Below, one piece after another: positions 24,004 to 33,945 of a stretch of 64,000 nt of DNA (its first letter is position 1; each line of letters begins with the position of its first letter). The notes beneath the pieces were generated by a model. The model saw nothing but the letters and a program-made list of their open reading frames with translations. It did no database searches and was not told where the DNA came from. A program made the translations under genes and the position numbers. The DNA comes from Asterionella formosa (lineage: Eukaryota): positions 1 to 64,000 of the forward strand of contig NKIB01012282.1 of assembly GCA_002256025.1 (NCBI GenBank), written 5' to 3'.

Positions 24004-27000
24004 ATGGTGTCTGGTAATCATCAACCAAGCAAATCCGATTTGGAAATTGCGCTCACCGAGTGCGATCGCTTTCCCTTGCATCATATTGATAGCATTCAAG
24101 CAAATTCAGGCCACGTCTTGTATTGGAGGTATCCTTCTGGGACCATTGTCGCAGCGGACGCACTCATTCACCAGGTGATTTGGATCCGAAAGCATGGCAG
24201 CGACAAACGGAACGGGAAGGGGGAAAGCGTGGCAGAGACTGCGGTCACGCCGCAACCGCCCTTGTTGTTGGGAGCCTCCTTGAAAGACTGGATCCCGGAG
24301 ATTCTGTACCATGACATCATGGACATTATCACGGGAATGGTGACGGCATGTTCCCAACGAGCCTTTCACTTTGCTACCTTTGATAGTCAAACATTCGCCT
24401 TTTCAATCTCGACCACCTTCTCGAATTATTCCTTGATTGGCATGGAAATTGAGCTTGTCAAGGAAAACGATAATTCCGAGATATTCTTGAATACTCTCGT
24501 GCATCTGGGTCGCATCTTGGAATGCCAGGTAGAGGAAGTGATCCTGAACAGGGCCTGTGACATTCTATTCGCATCACTAGGATGCTATGATCGCGGGATG
24601 GTCTATCGATTCAATGATGACTTATCGGGAGAGGTTATTCACGAAATCAAACATGAACACATTAGGTCCTCCTACAAGGGATTACGTTATCCCAGTTCTG
24701 ACATACCCCTTTCTGCCCGAAAACTCTTTGCGCACAACAGGTTGCGATACATTCATGACACTGATGTAGACAGTATACCCTTGCTGTCAAACAGTGATAC
24801 TCCAATCGACATGACACAGTGTCGCATGCGCGCCGTGGCCAAGCCTCATATTTTATATTTGCGCAATATGGGTGTGGTTTGTTCACTCTCCTTTGCCATT
24901 GTCGTGGACAATGAGCTTTGGGGAATCTTTGTTTTTCATGGATATGGCAAGCCCACCAAGCCTTCACTCCACCAAAGAATTGCTTGCGAAACAATTACAT
25001 CCATAGTTTCCGTTCGCATAGAAACGATAGTGAAGAAAGCCCAAAGTGCGCGAATCATTCAGCTGCGAGAGATACTGATGCGTTTGAAAAACGATCAAAA
25101 TGTCATTCACAACTTGCATGACTGGGGTAGCGAGCTACTTGGAAATCTTGACGCTGATGTACTTGTGGGACACATTCAAGACCCCCTTGAGGGCGAAGGG
25201 GATAATATCGTGCTTGGAGATGCTAGTCTGGCTCCATCCGCAGAGTTCTGGGCAAAAATGACTCTATCCCAAGCTTCTCATGAACTTTGTGTAATGTCAA
25301 CTCGAGTTGAAGTTGAGAAACGAGGGTTGACCAAAGTCGATTGTCCCGCATCTGGTGTCATTTACTTTCGACAGAACCGCATGCACATCATGCTTGGAAG
25401 GGATGTACGCTCCAAGGATGTCGAGTGGGCAGGGGATCCTGATGAACCAAAGTTGCGCATTGGCGGGATTTTGCATCCTCGCCAATCATTCGCTATGTTT
25501 ATGGAGAAAGCCCGTCAGGAATCACGAGCCTGGAATAGACACGACCTCCAAGTCATTTCCATTTTTCGGGACCACATTTGCAATCATTCGCACAAGTGGA
25601 TGATGGAATTGCTGCGGAACAATATCGATGACACCAATCAGAAATACATGCTGGCTATTGAAAGTGCACGAGAAAACTATGCATTCTTTGCACACATGAG
25701 TCATGAGCTACGGACTCCCTTTCATGGCGTGATGGGATGTCTAAACATTTTGAAGGACTCGTTTGATGATTTGTCACAAGAGGAAGTGAAAATTCTTTTG
25801 GAAACAGCACTTACCTCGGGTCACCATATGATCAATTTGCTGAATGAAATTTTGAATATTTCCAAGAATACACATTTATCGCATACTTGTTCAAATGATT
25901 CAGTTATTTACCAGACCTTAGCATTTGAAGCGATCTACGGAATGAAGACATTTGCTATGTCACAAAAAATTCCACTGACCTGCAAGATTTCCCCCAAGAA
26001 TAAAAAGATTATTATACAAACTGACCGTACAAAAGTTATCCAGATCGTGTCCAACACTGTAAATAATTCCCTCAAATTTACTGGTAATGGAGGAGTCCAC
26101 GTGCAATTTTCCCTTGTGAATACGCTTCACACAGCAATGGAGGAATGCGAAAAAGTGGTATGCAACTATTCTGGAGTTGTTTACATCTTGAAAGAGGGTG
26201 AATTATTCACTTCAATTGACATGGCGCGGACACACATCAATAGCATGCCAAATATTCTCAATCAGAAATGGATGTGCATATGTGTATCTGACACGGGATG
26301 TGGTATAGCGCCAACAGAACTGGTCAATATTTTCGAGAAATACATGCACACCAGTGCTGGGAGTAATCGGAATTGTCAAGGAACAGGTCTAGGTCTATAT
26401 ATATGCGTGTCGTTGTGCCAGCAACTCGATGGGTTCATTGTCTGTGCCAGTACACCGGGTGCTGGGACAGTCGTCTACATTAGTATCCCTGTTCAGATTG
26501 GAGACGAGACGATTCCTATTGAGCTTGACGATGTTGAAACGTCATCACTTGATGCTGGTGCAGATGATGTTATTTTCATGCGAGGACCCATCATGGTTGT
26601 TGATGACAATAGAGTAAATGTTCGAATCCTTCATCGAGCATTGCAAATTTCCCTCAAAGCTGCAAATATCAATCTTGATGTGCTGACAGCCGAAGGAGGC
26701 GATGCTGCCATTGCTCTCTACAAGGACACCCATCCTTCACTTTGTATCATTGACTACCACATGCCTGAGACCGATGGGATTGCGGCCACTGCTGCCATTC
26801 GAGCCTATGAGGAGGCACAAGGCCTTGACGCATCACGCATATTGTGTTATACAGCTGATGTATGCGATCAATCGAAACAGCTGTTACTAAAGTCTGGTTT
26901 TGATGATGTCATCTCCAAACCACCAGGCAAGGGATTCATTTCTGAACTGGTGGGCCGAATGCATGTGGTTGGAAATAAGGAGGAAAGTATCACAATCAAG

Positions 27001-27033
27001 CAGACAGAAGAAGTGAAGAATTCTTCGATTTAG
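24004..27033 (+). CDS. DPH: Diatom phytochrome (bacteriophytochrome-like PAS-GAF-PHY-HisKA-HATPase-REC)
   Basis: N-terminal bilin-attachment Cys (LTECDRFPLH), YDRGMVYRF, SDIP, PHILYLRNMGV, WAGDP, HPRQSF (PRxSF), H-box SHELRTP, N/G boxes (NSLKFT, DTGCG, GTGLGL) and a receiver domain (VVDDN...IDYHMP...KP). No introns needed. Confidence 0.95.
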   Translation: MVSGNHQPSKSDLEIALTECDRFPLHHIDSIQANSGHVLYWRYPSGTIVAADALIHQVIWIRKHGSDKRNGKGESVAETAVTPQPPLLLGASLKDWIPEILYHDIMDIITGMVTACSQRAFHFATFDSQTFAFSISTTFSNYSLIGMEIELVKENDNSEIFLNTLVHLGRILECQVEEVILNRACDILFASLGCYDRGMVYRFNDDLSGEVIHEIKHEHIRSSYKGLRYPSSDIPLSARKLFAHNRLRYIHDTDVDSIPLLSNSDTPIDMTQCRMRAVAKPHILYLRNMGVVCSLSFAIVVDNELWGIFVFHGYGKPTKPSLHQRIACETITSIVSVRIETIVKKAQSARIIQLREILMRLKNDQNVIHNLHDWGSELLGNLDADVLVGHIQDPLEGEGDNIVLGDASLAPSAEFWAKMTLSQASHELCVMSTRVEVEKRGLTKVDCPASGVIYFRQNRMHIMLGRDVRSKDVEWAGDPDEPKLRIGGILHPRQSFAMFMEKARQESRAWNRHDLQVISIFRDHICNHSHKWMMELLRNNIDDTNQKYMLAIESARENYAFFAHMSHELRTPFHGVMGCLNILKDSFDDLSQEEVKILLETALTSGHHMINLLNEILNISKNTHLSHTCSNDSVIYQTLAFEAIYGMKTFAMSQKIPLTCKISPKNKKIIIQTDRTKVIQIVSNTVNNSLKFTGNGGVHVQFSLVNTLHTAMEECEKVVCNYSGVVYILKEGELFTSIDMARTHINSMPNILNQKWMCICVSDTGCGIAPTELVNIFEKYMHTSAGSNRNCQGTGLGLYICVSLCQQLDGFIVCASTPGAGTVVYISIPVQIGDETIPIELDDVETSSLDAGADDVIFMRGPIMVVDDNRVNVRILHRALQISLKAANINLDVLTAEGGDAAIALYKDTHPSLCIIDYHMPETDGIAATAAIRAYEEAQGLDASRILCYTADVCDQSKQLLLKSGFDDVISKPPGKGFISELVGRMHVVGNKEESITIKQTEEVKNSSI

Positions 27034-27476
27034 CATGACTACCGGTACTTATCAACGACGTATGTGCATCCAGAAAACACTTTTGAAAAATTGGCACAGT
27101 AGACAATTACTTTTGAGATCCTTGACGTTTCGCTCTCTACAGCTCTCATTGCCAACCCAACTCTAGTCCCGACAAAAGAAATGGAGCCAATCAAGCTGTG
27201 GGGCTACGAGTGCTCTCCTTTTGTACAACTAGTACGAGATATTTGTATTTTGTGCATACACCACGTAATAATAAACTCTGCATGAGGATCTATTCACAGG
27301 GACCGGATGGTGGCCAAAAAAGTCCGCTTTCAAGTAAGCCCCTAACACTGTCATCGCCATGTTTGAAGAGCCTTAGAATATTGATTATTATAAAAAGTTA
27401 TACACACTTGTCGCCTATTACTCGAAATAGCCGAAAAGTACCTACCGGTAATATGTTTCAATCCGTTGCAACCTAT

Positions 27477-29093
27477 TCACAAAGAGGTCGCCTTAATCTT
27501 AACTATGGCCCAATTCAAGTGTGCTCTCAGTTGCTGAGCAGCTGGCAATCGCATGTCCCGAGGCACACCAACTCTGTCCCTCAAGTATGCTAGGCTATCA
27601 ACAACACCTTGCATGTACTCATCACCACCGTCCTGGAGGATAGCTTTAGCCATTTGGTCCATGGTGACGTCATGGTTTTGGTGTCCTTCCAACATGGCCA
27701 TACACACAATACTTAAAACTGCAGACACACCATTTTGGACAATATCATTGGGGATTGCCATTGGATCTGCCAACGGGGCAGCATATGCTCGAAACCCTTT
27801 CTTTCCGGCACCACGTGCAGCGAATTTGACAATTGCGTCATGATTGAAAGACATGCGCTCCACAGCTTCTCGACAAGCCATGGAGTCGTCTCCTGCCCAC
27901 GTCCAGTCAGGTTCTACACCACCATTGTGGGGTTGGAGAGGTATGGACCAACTAGTTTGGGTCCCATCCAAAGAAAGCTCTCCGTTGATTGCCTTTTCGA
28001 ATGGTTCTCCAGCTGGTTCATAGCTGCAGCCCCCGAGTTGAGGAGGAAGGTCCCAGCAATGAGTGTAGTAGTCCGACTTGGTCAGCTGATACGACTCAAG
28101 CGTCTCCATGGTATCAAACCACTTATTCAAGGCTGGATAATCATTCTTTGTGCCCTTCGGAACTCGCATCATAAAACCCTTGTAGTATAGGAGAGACGCA
28201 CACATTCGCTCCAAGAACGGCATAAACATGAAATCTACCAGTGTAACATCATTTCCCATGAAGAATGGTCCACGTGCTTTCAGAGCAGCTTCCACCTCCT
28301 TCAAAGAGGCAATAAATGCCGAGCGATATCGATCTGGGTCATTGTCTCCGGTCAACCAGTACATCCAAGCGGAAAATATTTGTCGTTCAAGGCGCAAGAG
28401 CCTCTGCGCTTCCATTTCGTCCCCCTCCTTGGGTCGCAGGGACTTTCGATCTGTAAAAATTTGGTCAAGCACATATATAATGTCATTTGACTGCCCGAAC
28501 ACTTTTCCATCGATGACAGCGACAGGTATGTTGCCACTGCGTTGAATGGCCAAAAAGCTTGCCGGTTTTTCTCCGTAACAGTTCATGTTGACTTTCTCAA
28601 TTTTGTATGGAATCTTCATTTCTTCCAGACACATCCACACCTTCTGGCAATAGGGACACCAAGATGCGCTGTCTCTGTAAAATGTGACCCTGATATCTTC
28701 CTCCTTGTTTGATTCGTCGTACAATCGAACCTTATGCAAAGGCGACGCTGCGCCAAATCCTTTGTCTAGATTTGCGCGAAACTGCCGCTCTTGTGATGTT
28801 TGCAGGCCCTGGAGTGTCGCTTGAACGTGTTCCCACGAAGTTCCAAGTTCCTCCAGAGTTGAATCCAAGCCGGATGGATTGGTAGATGGCCCCTTCCCCT
28901 TGCTACCTCCCAAGATGGACGACGCCATTTGCCCCAGCATGCTGGAAAAGGGATTGTACTTTTCGCGTTTGGCAAAAAGGCGACTGATTGTGGACCTAGA
29001 TCGACTTGAACACAATGCGGGGCCCGACAATGACTGACCGGAACGAAGGAGGCCACTACTAATCACAAGTGCCAGCAGCGGCATCAATTTCAT
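27477..29093 (-). CDS. Glutathione S-transferase, Cys-type (CPYC; lambda/omega/DHAR-like), probably plastid-targeted
   Basis: WCPYCQKVW, GNIPV..IDG....QSNDII and the GST C-domain GPFFMG....LVD. The likely start MKLMPLL carries a signal peptide and a Ser/Arg-rich transit-like region. Confidence 0.88.
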   Translation of the reverse strand: MKLMPLLALVISSGLLRSGQSLSGPALCSSRSRSTISRLFAKREKYNPFSSMLGQMASSILGGSKGKGPSTNPSGLDSTLEELGTSWEHVQATLQGLQTSQERQFRANLDKGFGAASPLHKVRLYDESNKEEDIRVTFYRDSASWCPYCQKVWMCLEEMKIPYKIEKVNMNCYGEKPASFLAIQRSGNIPVAVIDGKVFGQSNDIIYVLDQIFTDRKSLRPKEGDEMEAQRLLRLERQIFSAWMYWLTGDNDPDRYRSAFIASLKEVEAALKARGPFFMGNDVTLVDFMFMPFLERMCASLLYYKGFMMRVPKGTKNDYPALNKWFDTMETLESYQLTKSDYYTHCWDLPPQLGGCSYEPAGEPFEKAINGELSLDGTQTSWSIPLQPHNGGVEPDWTWAGDDSMACREAVERMSFNHDAIVKFAARGAGKKGFRAYAAPLADPMAIPNDIVQNGVSAVLSIVCMAMLEGHQNHDVTMDQMAKAILQDGGDEYMQGVVDSLAYLRDRVGVPRDMRLPAAQQLRAHLNWAIVKIKATSL

Positions 29094-29583
29094 TTTCGCG
29101 TGATGATTGTTGATTACTATTGTGACGATGATGATAAATTTTATCATGATCATCACAAATGTACCGACGATGATGAATGAAAGATTGATAAGATACGGTA
29201 CATACTATTTATAACCCAGTATAATATTATGGAGTCCGTCTAAATGTACAATACTTTTTGAGTGAGTATATATTAATACACGAATATAAATAATTCTCTC
29301 TCTATAAATGACAGCTAATATAATCTATGCCATTAAAAGATTATTTCGAGTTCGCACAAAAGTAAATCTATGAAATCATGAAGAAAAAACTCCATCATGA
29401 TCCAACACATTCACACACAAAATCCATGCTTGTCCATTATCGTATCGTTCCTCGTCACACTCCCTCTCTCTCCATCTCCTTTCGGTTGTTCTATCATCCT
29501 GTCTAGAGAGCCAGTCCACAATATAGGTAACTGTAACAAACACAAGACTCCAGAACGCAAAGCGATTTATTGTTTGGATCATC

Positions 29584-30186
29584 ATGACAACAAGCCCTTC
29601 CCTCACTAGCCTCCCACTGGTACTCGCTGGCTATTACACAGTTGGTGATTTATGGCCATCCACCAACTTGGTTTTGCCAGCGTGGCTATTGTTGATTATT
29701 ATTCCTCGGTGGAATTATACACAATCACTTACGCTGGTTCCTCCAATTATCCATTCGACCTTGTATGCCTCGATTATCATTCCCTTGGTGATCAATGGCG
29801 GTGGAGATGCCGGTGCCGGTGCCGGTGGCGATGGACACGAACATGAGCCCGCAATGGACTTTACCACCCTCGAGGGTGTTGTTAAAATGTTTCAAGATCC
29901 TAGCGTTGTATTTGTTGGTTGGGTGCACTACTTGGTCTTTGATTTGTTAGTTGGACGTGCCATTTCCATAGATGCCCTGGAACGAGGATCGACCAACTTG
30001 TTCTATTACTGTGTGGTGGTTCCATGTTTAGTCTTGACTTTTATGTTGGGTCCTACTGGGTTCTTGGCGTACTGTATCATCCGAACAGCTTTTTTGCCTA
30101 AATTGCAAGGATTCAAATCTACTACCGATAGTGTCATGATGGACTATCACCATGAAGGAAATTCGAGCAAAGCAAAACTGTACTAA
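29584..30186 (+). CDS. ABA4-like / DUF4281 membrane protein
   Basis: LPAWLLLIIIPRWNYT, FTTLEGV..MF, GWVHYLVFDLLVGR and PCLVLTFMLGPTG match hallmark family motifs. Confidence 0.85.
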   Translation: MTTSPSLTSLPLVLAGYYTVGDLWPSTNLVLPAWLLLIIIPRWNYTQSLTLVPPIIHSTLYASIIIPLVINGGGDAGAGAGGDGHEHEPAMDFTTLEGVVKMFQDPSVVFVGWVHYLVFDLLVGRAISIDALERGSTNLFYYCVVVPCLVLTFMLGPTGFLAYCIIRTAFLPKLQGFKSTTDSVMMDYHHEGNSSKAKLY

Positions 30187-30447
30187 ACAAGGTACACATA
30201 CCCGGTACAGAAGTTGTGTTCTTTTGGAGCATTTGGTGAATGGTCGATCCGAATCTACAATTCTTCTAGTCCTTTTATGATTTATTTAGTGATCCATTTC
30301 CGACTTGATGAAAATATTATTGGTGACACCATGGGAGAGAGCTGCTATAGAAGATACAATAGAAAATGGGTATATACCGGTATGTACTGGTAGTTGATTT
30401 AGTAGTATGTAAAAGCTGTTTAACTAAACTTTTTTTTCTTAAATCAT

Positions 30448-31100
30448 TTATAACTTGTTTCTTAACTTCATCAGTTCTAATTCTAGTTTGTCTGCCTCAA
30501 GCTGAGCTTTCTTCGTTTCTCTACATGATTCCATGACTTGTAATTCCTCCTCGGCAGCAATAGTATCTTCATCCATAAGTAATACCGATAATCGTATTGT
30601 TCGAATCAATTCCAACAAATGAGATGATGCCACACATAGATTTTCCACGGCTAGTTGGGCCTGTAGCTCATGCAAAACAGCATCAGCAGCAAGAGGGGGT
30701 GGGGGTTGTTGAACCAACATCATGGCTCCTCCTCCCGCTGAATATATATATATATATATAGTATGATATTTAACATGGTACAGTATGAAAAATATAATGT
30801 GATTCATCCAAAAATGGTGTAGTCGTAGCATATCATGCAAGAGGGAATTATAGAATGAATGAGTACTTTTGTTGCATATCTATACTCGGGGTGGTTGTCA
30901 CGGCAACACCACAAGACATCATTTCACTCACATCGCGGGTCCTTTTTCCCAGATTGCTTGCCGTTCATTTCTTCAATCAATGGAGTTGATGCGGCCGACT
31001 GCAGTAGATTAAGATATTGGGTTGATAATCGATTGCAAGTTGCATTCAATGATGCCTGCCATTCCTCGGCTGGAGTCTTGTCAGCTTCAACTCGGTCCAT
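30448..31100 (-). CDS. MED22: Mediator complex subunit 22-like protein
   Basis: Exon 1 31100-30932, intron 30931-30738 (GTGAGT...TTCAG), exon 2 to the stop at 30448. Helical pattern LSTQYLNLLQSA...ENLCVASSHLLELIRTIRLSVLLMD. Confidence 0.7.
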
Positions 31101-31739
31101 GATCAACAATGAATAATAACGAAGATGACAATCAAATTGCCTGCACATGTGTTATTTGATGATGCTATGTGAAGCTGATGCTGACAATGTTGAGCGCAAT
31201 TATTTTAGATTGAACCCCCCCGGTAAATAGTAGTGCTCGGCACACACATCAGATAGCGGGGAGGCTGGCTCCCTGGGGTACCAGGTACCAGGGTACGTCG
31301 GTTTAAAAAATTATGAGATGACAACAATATCGGTATAGTCCTACTATACATACACTATGAATAATTTGGATGTGGATGAACTACCGGTTTCTGAAGAATA
31401 TGTGGCTGAGTTGCATCAAATCCAGGCATGTTTATACATCCATAATTCACTTCGCAATAAGTAATCATTCATTTAACATTTTGAACTGTTTTCAACCCAC
31501 ATCATAGATATCGGTATGGCAGATTGATTGTGTAGGGGAATTCGCACTGCTTTTTAAACTATGCATCATAAATAATAAATGTGCAAAAATAATATTCTTC
31601 TGTGAACTTATTAATTTGTTAAGTACTAGAAGTTCAGCACATATAAAGCAATCATTTCTATCGCAGATTAAAACTTCAAAGCCTACTATTTCTAGATTTG
31701 TCTACATTGCGCTCCATTGCCCAGAAAAACAGGGCAGTG

Positions 31740-33130
31740 GACGTGGCTGTTGATGCTTGTTCACTTCCCTGTATGGAAGTCGGTGTAACATTTTTTGTGG
31801 TAACTTTAATCTTGTCCCAATTTCTGTGGCTGAACAGCTCGTGTCAGCTGGGAAATTGAATCCCAAGTGTGGATTGATGAAATGCCTTTTGTGTGGGCCA
31901 CCACACTGTGGGGTGTTTCTGTTGTTGATTTTACTGTGGCTTCTTGTGCTGAATCATGTGCAGCAAAGAATTCTGTGATTGATGTATGACATTGGTTGGC
32001 CTGAAGCCTGGAAATCTCGACCAAGTAAGTAGTGTGCCTTTTCATACTTTTTATTCAGTTTTGCTTGGAGAATATCATCTAATCTAACTGAGAAAAGATG
32101 AGCATGATCCCTGGTGCTAATTTCCTGCTGGATTGCATAATATCCTTTAATTTGTCATTGTAGACAGAGTTCACTAGACTAAATTTTTTGTACAAGTGTA
32201 ACTTTTCATTTCGCTCAATCCACAAACTGGAAACTAGTCTCCACCATTGATTCATTACCTGGCTGGTGGCGGGACCAACCTTTGCATTCCGCTCGATCAA
32301 ATGTGAGATCCTCTCTTGAATGGTGCTTCAATGCTGTGCATCAAGCTTTAATGAGATAACCCGAAAGTGTAAGGACAGGGCCAAGCTAATTTTGCAAAAG
32401 GATTGCTATTCTGATAAAGTTCTCGGTTCAGGCGCTTGTATTCTAATGAAAACAGGGTATGAATTCAGATTGACCTCTATACATTCAATGCTTTGTATAG
32501 GAAATCCATGCCGGATTAACTTGTTGCCCTGCAGATGTCTTCCTAATTGCTATCTCGCATTCTGAAAGTCGAAGGCCCATACTGTACTTTGTTCTTGGTT
32601 ATTTGCGCACTGCTGTATAATATGCTCATTTCTTTCCATTGAGCCACAGTGAGTACACCTGGTGTCTCCATTGTCTATTGGTCGTCTCCTAGTAGCGCCA
32701 GTGGGGAGGAGCCATCCGTGAATGTATTTGCTGATCATAAGTCTATCCTTCGATTGTTACGATTTAACCGCTGCAAGGTGTATGATCACTGTCCAGTCAA
32801 TAGACAACATCCGAGTTTTTGTGAATTGGTGCTTCTTCAGAAAGTAGGTTTTGTACTCCTTTTCTTTAATGGGAACTCGGATCTGAGCGCTGATATAGCT
32901 ATGAATGCGGCGATCGTCATGATGGCCAAGCCGAAGACTAGCTTTCATAGTGGGGTAGTGAAGGATGTTTTCTTGGGTCCTCCTGTTCCGAAGGTCGGAT
33001 GTTTGGTGAGTGCTGGCTCATATGACACATAGTTGTTGATGGAAGTATTCAGTATAGATTCATTGAGCGATGTAGAATCTATATGTATATATTTACTAGT
33101 GTATTCAAGAAGGAATCTATGTGCGTACAC
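31740..33130 (-). mobile_element. Degenerate 3' part of a non-LTR retrotransposon ORF2 (post-RNase H zinc-binding region)
   Basis: SIDWT...ISKYIHGWLLPTG...CTHCGSMERNEHIIQQC (CxxC...H...C) and WW...LWIERNEKLH. Frameshifted. Confidence 0.7.
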
Positions 33131-33945
33131 GCCAAATCCTCAACAGCGAATTGAAAACTTCTATGGAAATCGAATTTCAGTTTGGTAATTGGAGATTTAA
33201 AGAGAGTCTTTGAATAACTTTGTGGGAAGCAAAGATGCATAGAAAGGAAAAGTTTAGCTTAGCTTAGCTGATAATTTTAAAATCGTCAATTGAGAAAACA
33301 GTGTGTTAATTGACAGGAAGGTCAATTTTTTTGTATAACAAGAAGGCTAATTTTGTACCTGGCAGAGAAAGTAAGTGGTACTAGGGAGTACCACTAGCAC
33401 GTAAGAATCTACGTGAAGAATTCAACCCCCTGCAGGAACGAGTACAAAGCTTCTTTTTGAATTTGTGTCTTCCCCGGGACCGTAAGGAGAGACAGTAAAA
33501 TTTCCCGAATTGGAAATACGAAGATTTTGCCGCGATAGCTTCTCAATCTTCGATCTTCGTATTCTTTCAGGCACCGTAAGCAAGCTTCGGCCTTTAAATT
33601 ATTTGTTTCTACAATGCGACATGTTCGTTGATGTTGCTTGTATGTATGTCTATAGAGCTGTATAATAAAAATGACATCCATTGTCTTAAATAATGAATGG
33701 AAGTACATGCATGTATAACTTATATATAACTGGCCTGCTATGCAACATTTGATTAGCTGTAGGTGTCGAATATAGCAATACACAGAATCCCCCGTCTCAC
33801 ATTTGATGCGTATATGTATCATTGATATGCACAGGCAGCATTCGCATCCGCTTCACATCATTAGCTCGCACCATCAACTGTATCGTCATCAGACATTCTA
33901 GTATTGCTGTGGTGCAACTCAACTCAACTCAACTCAGCACCGCTC

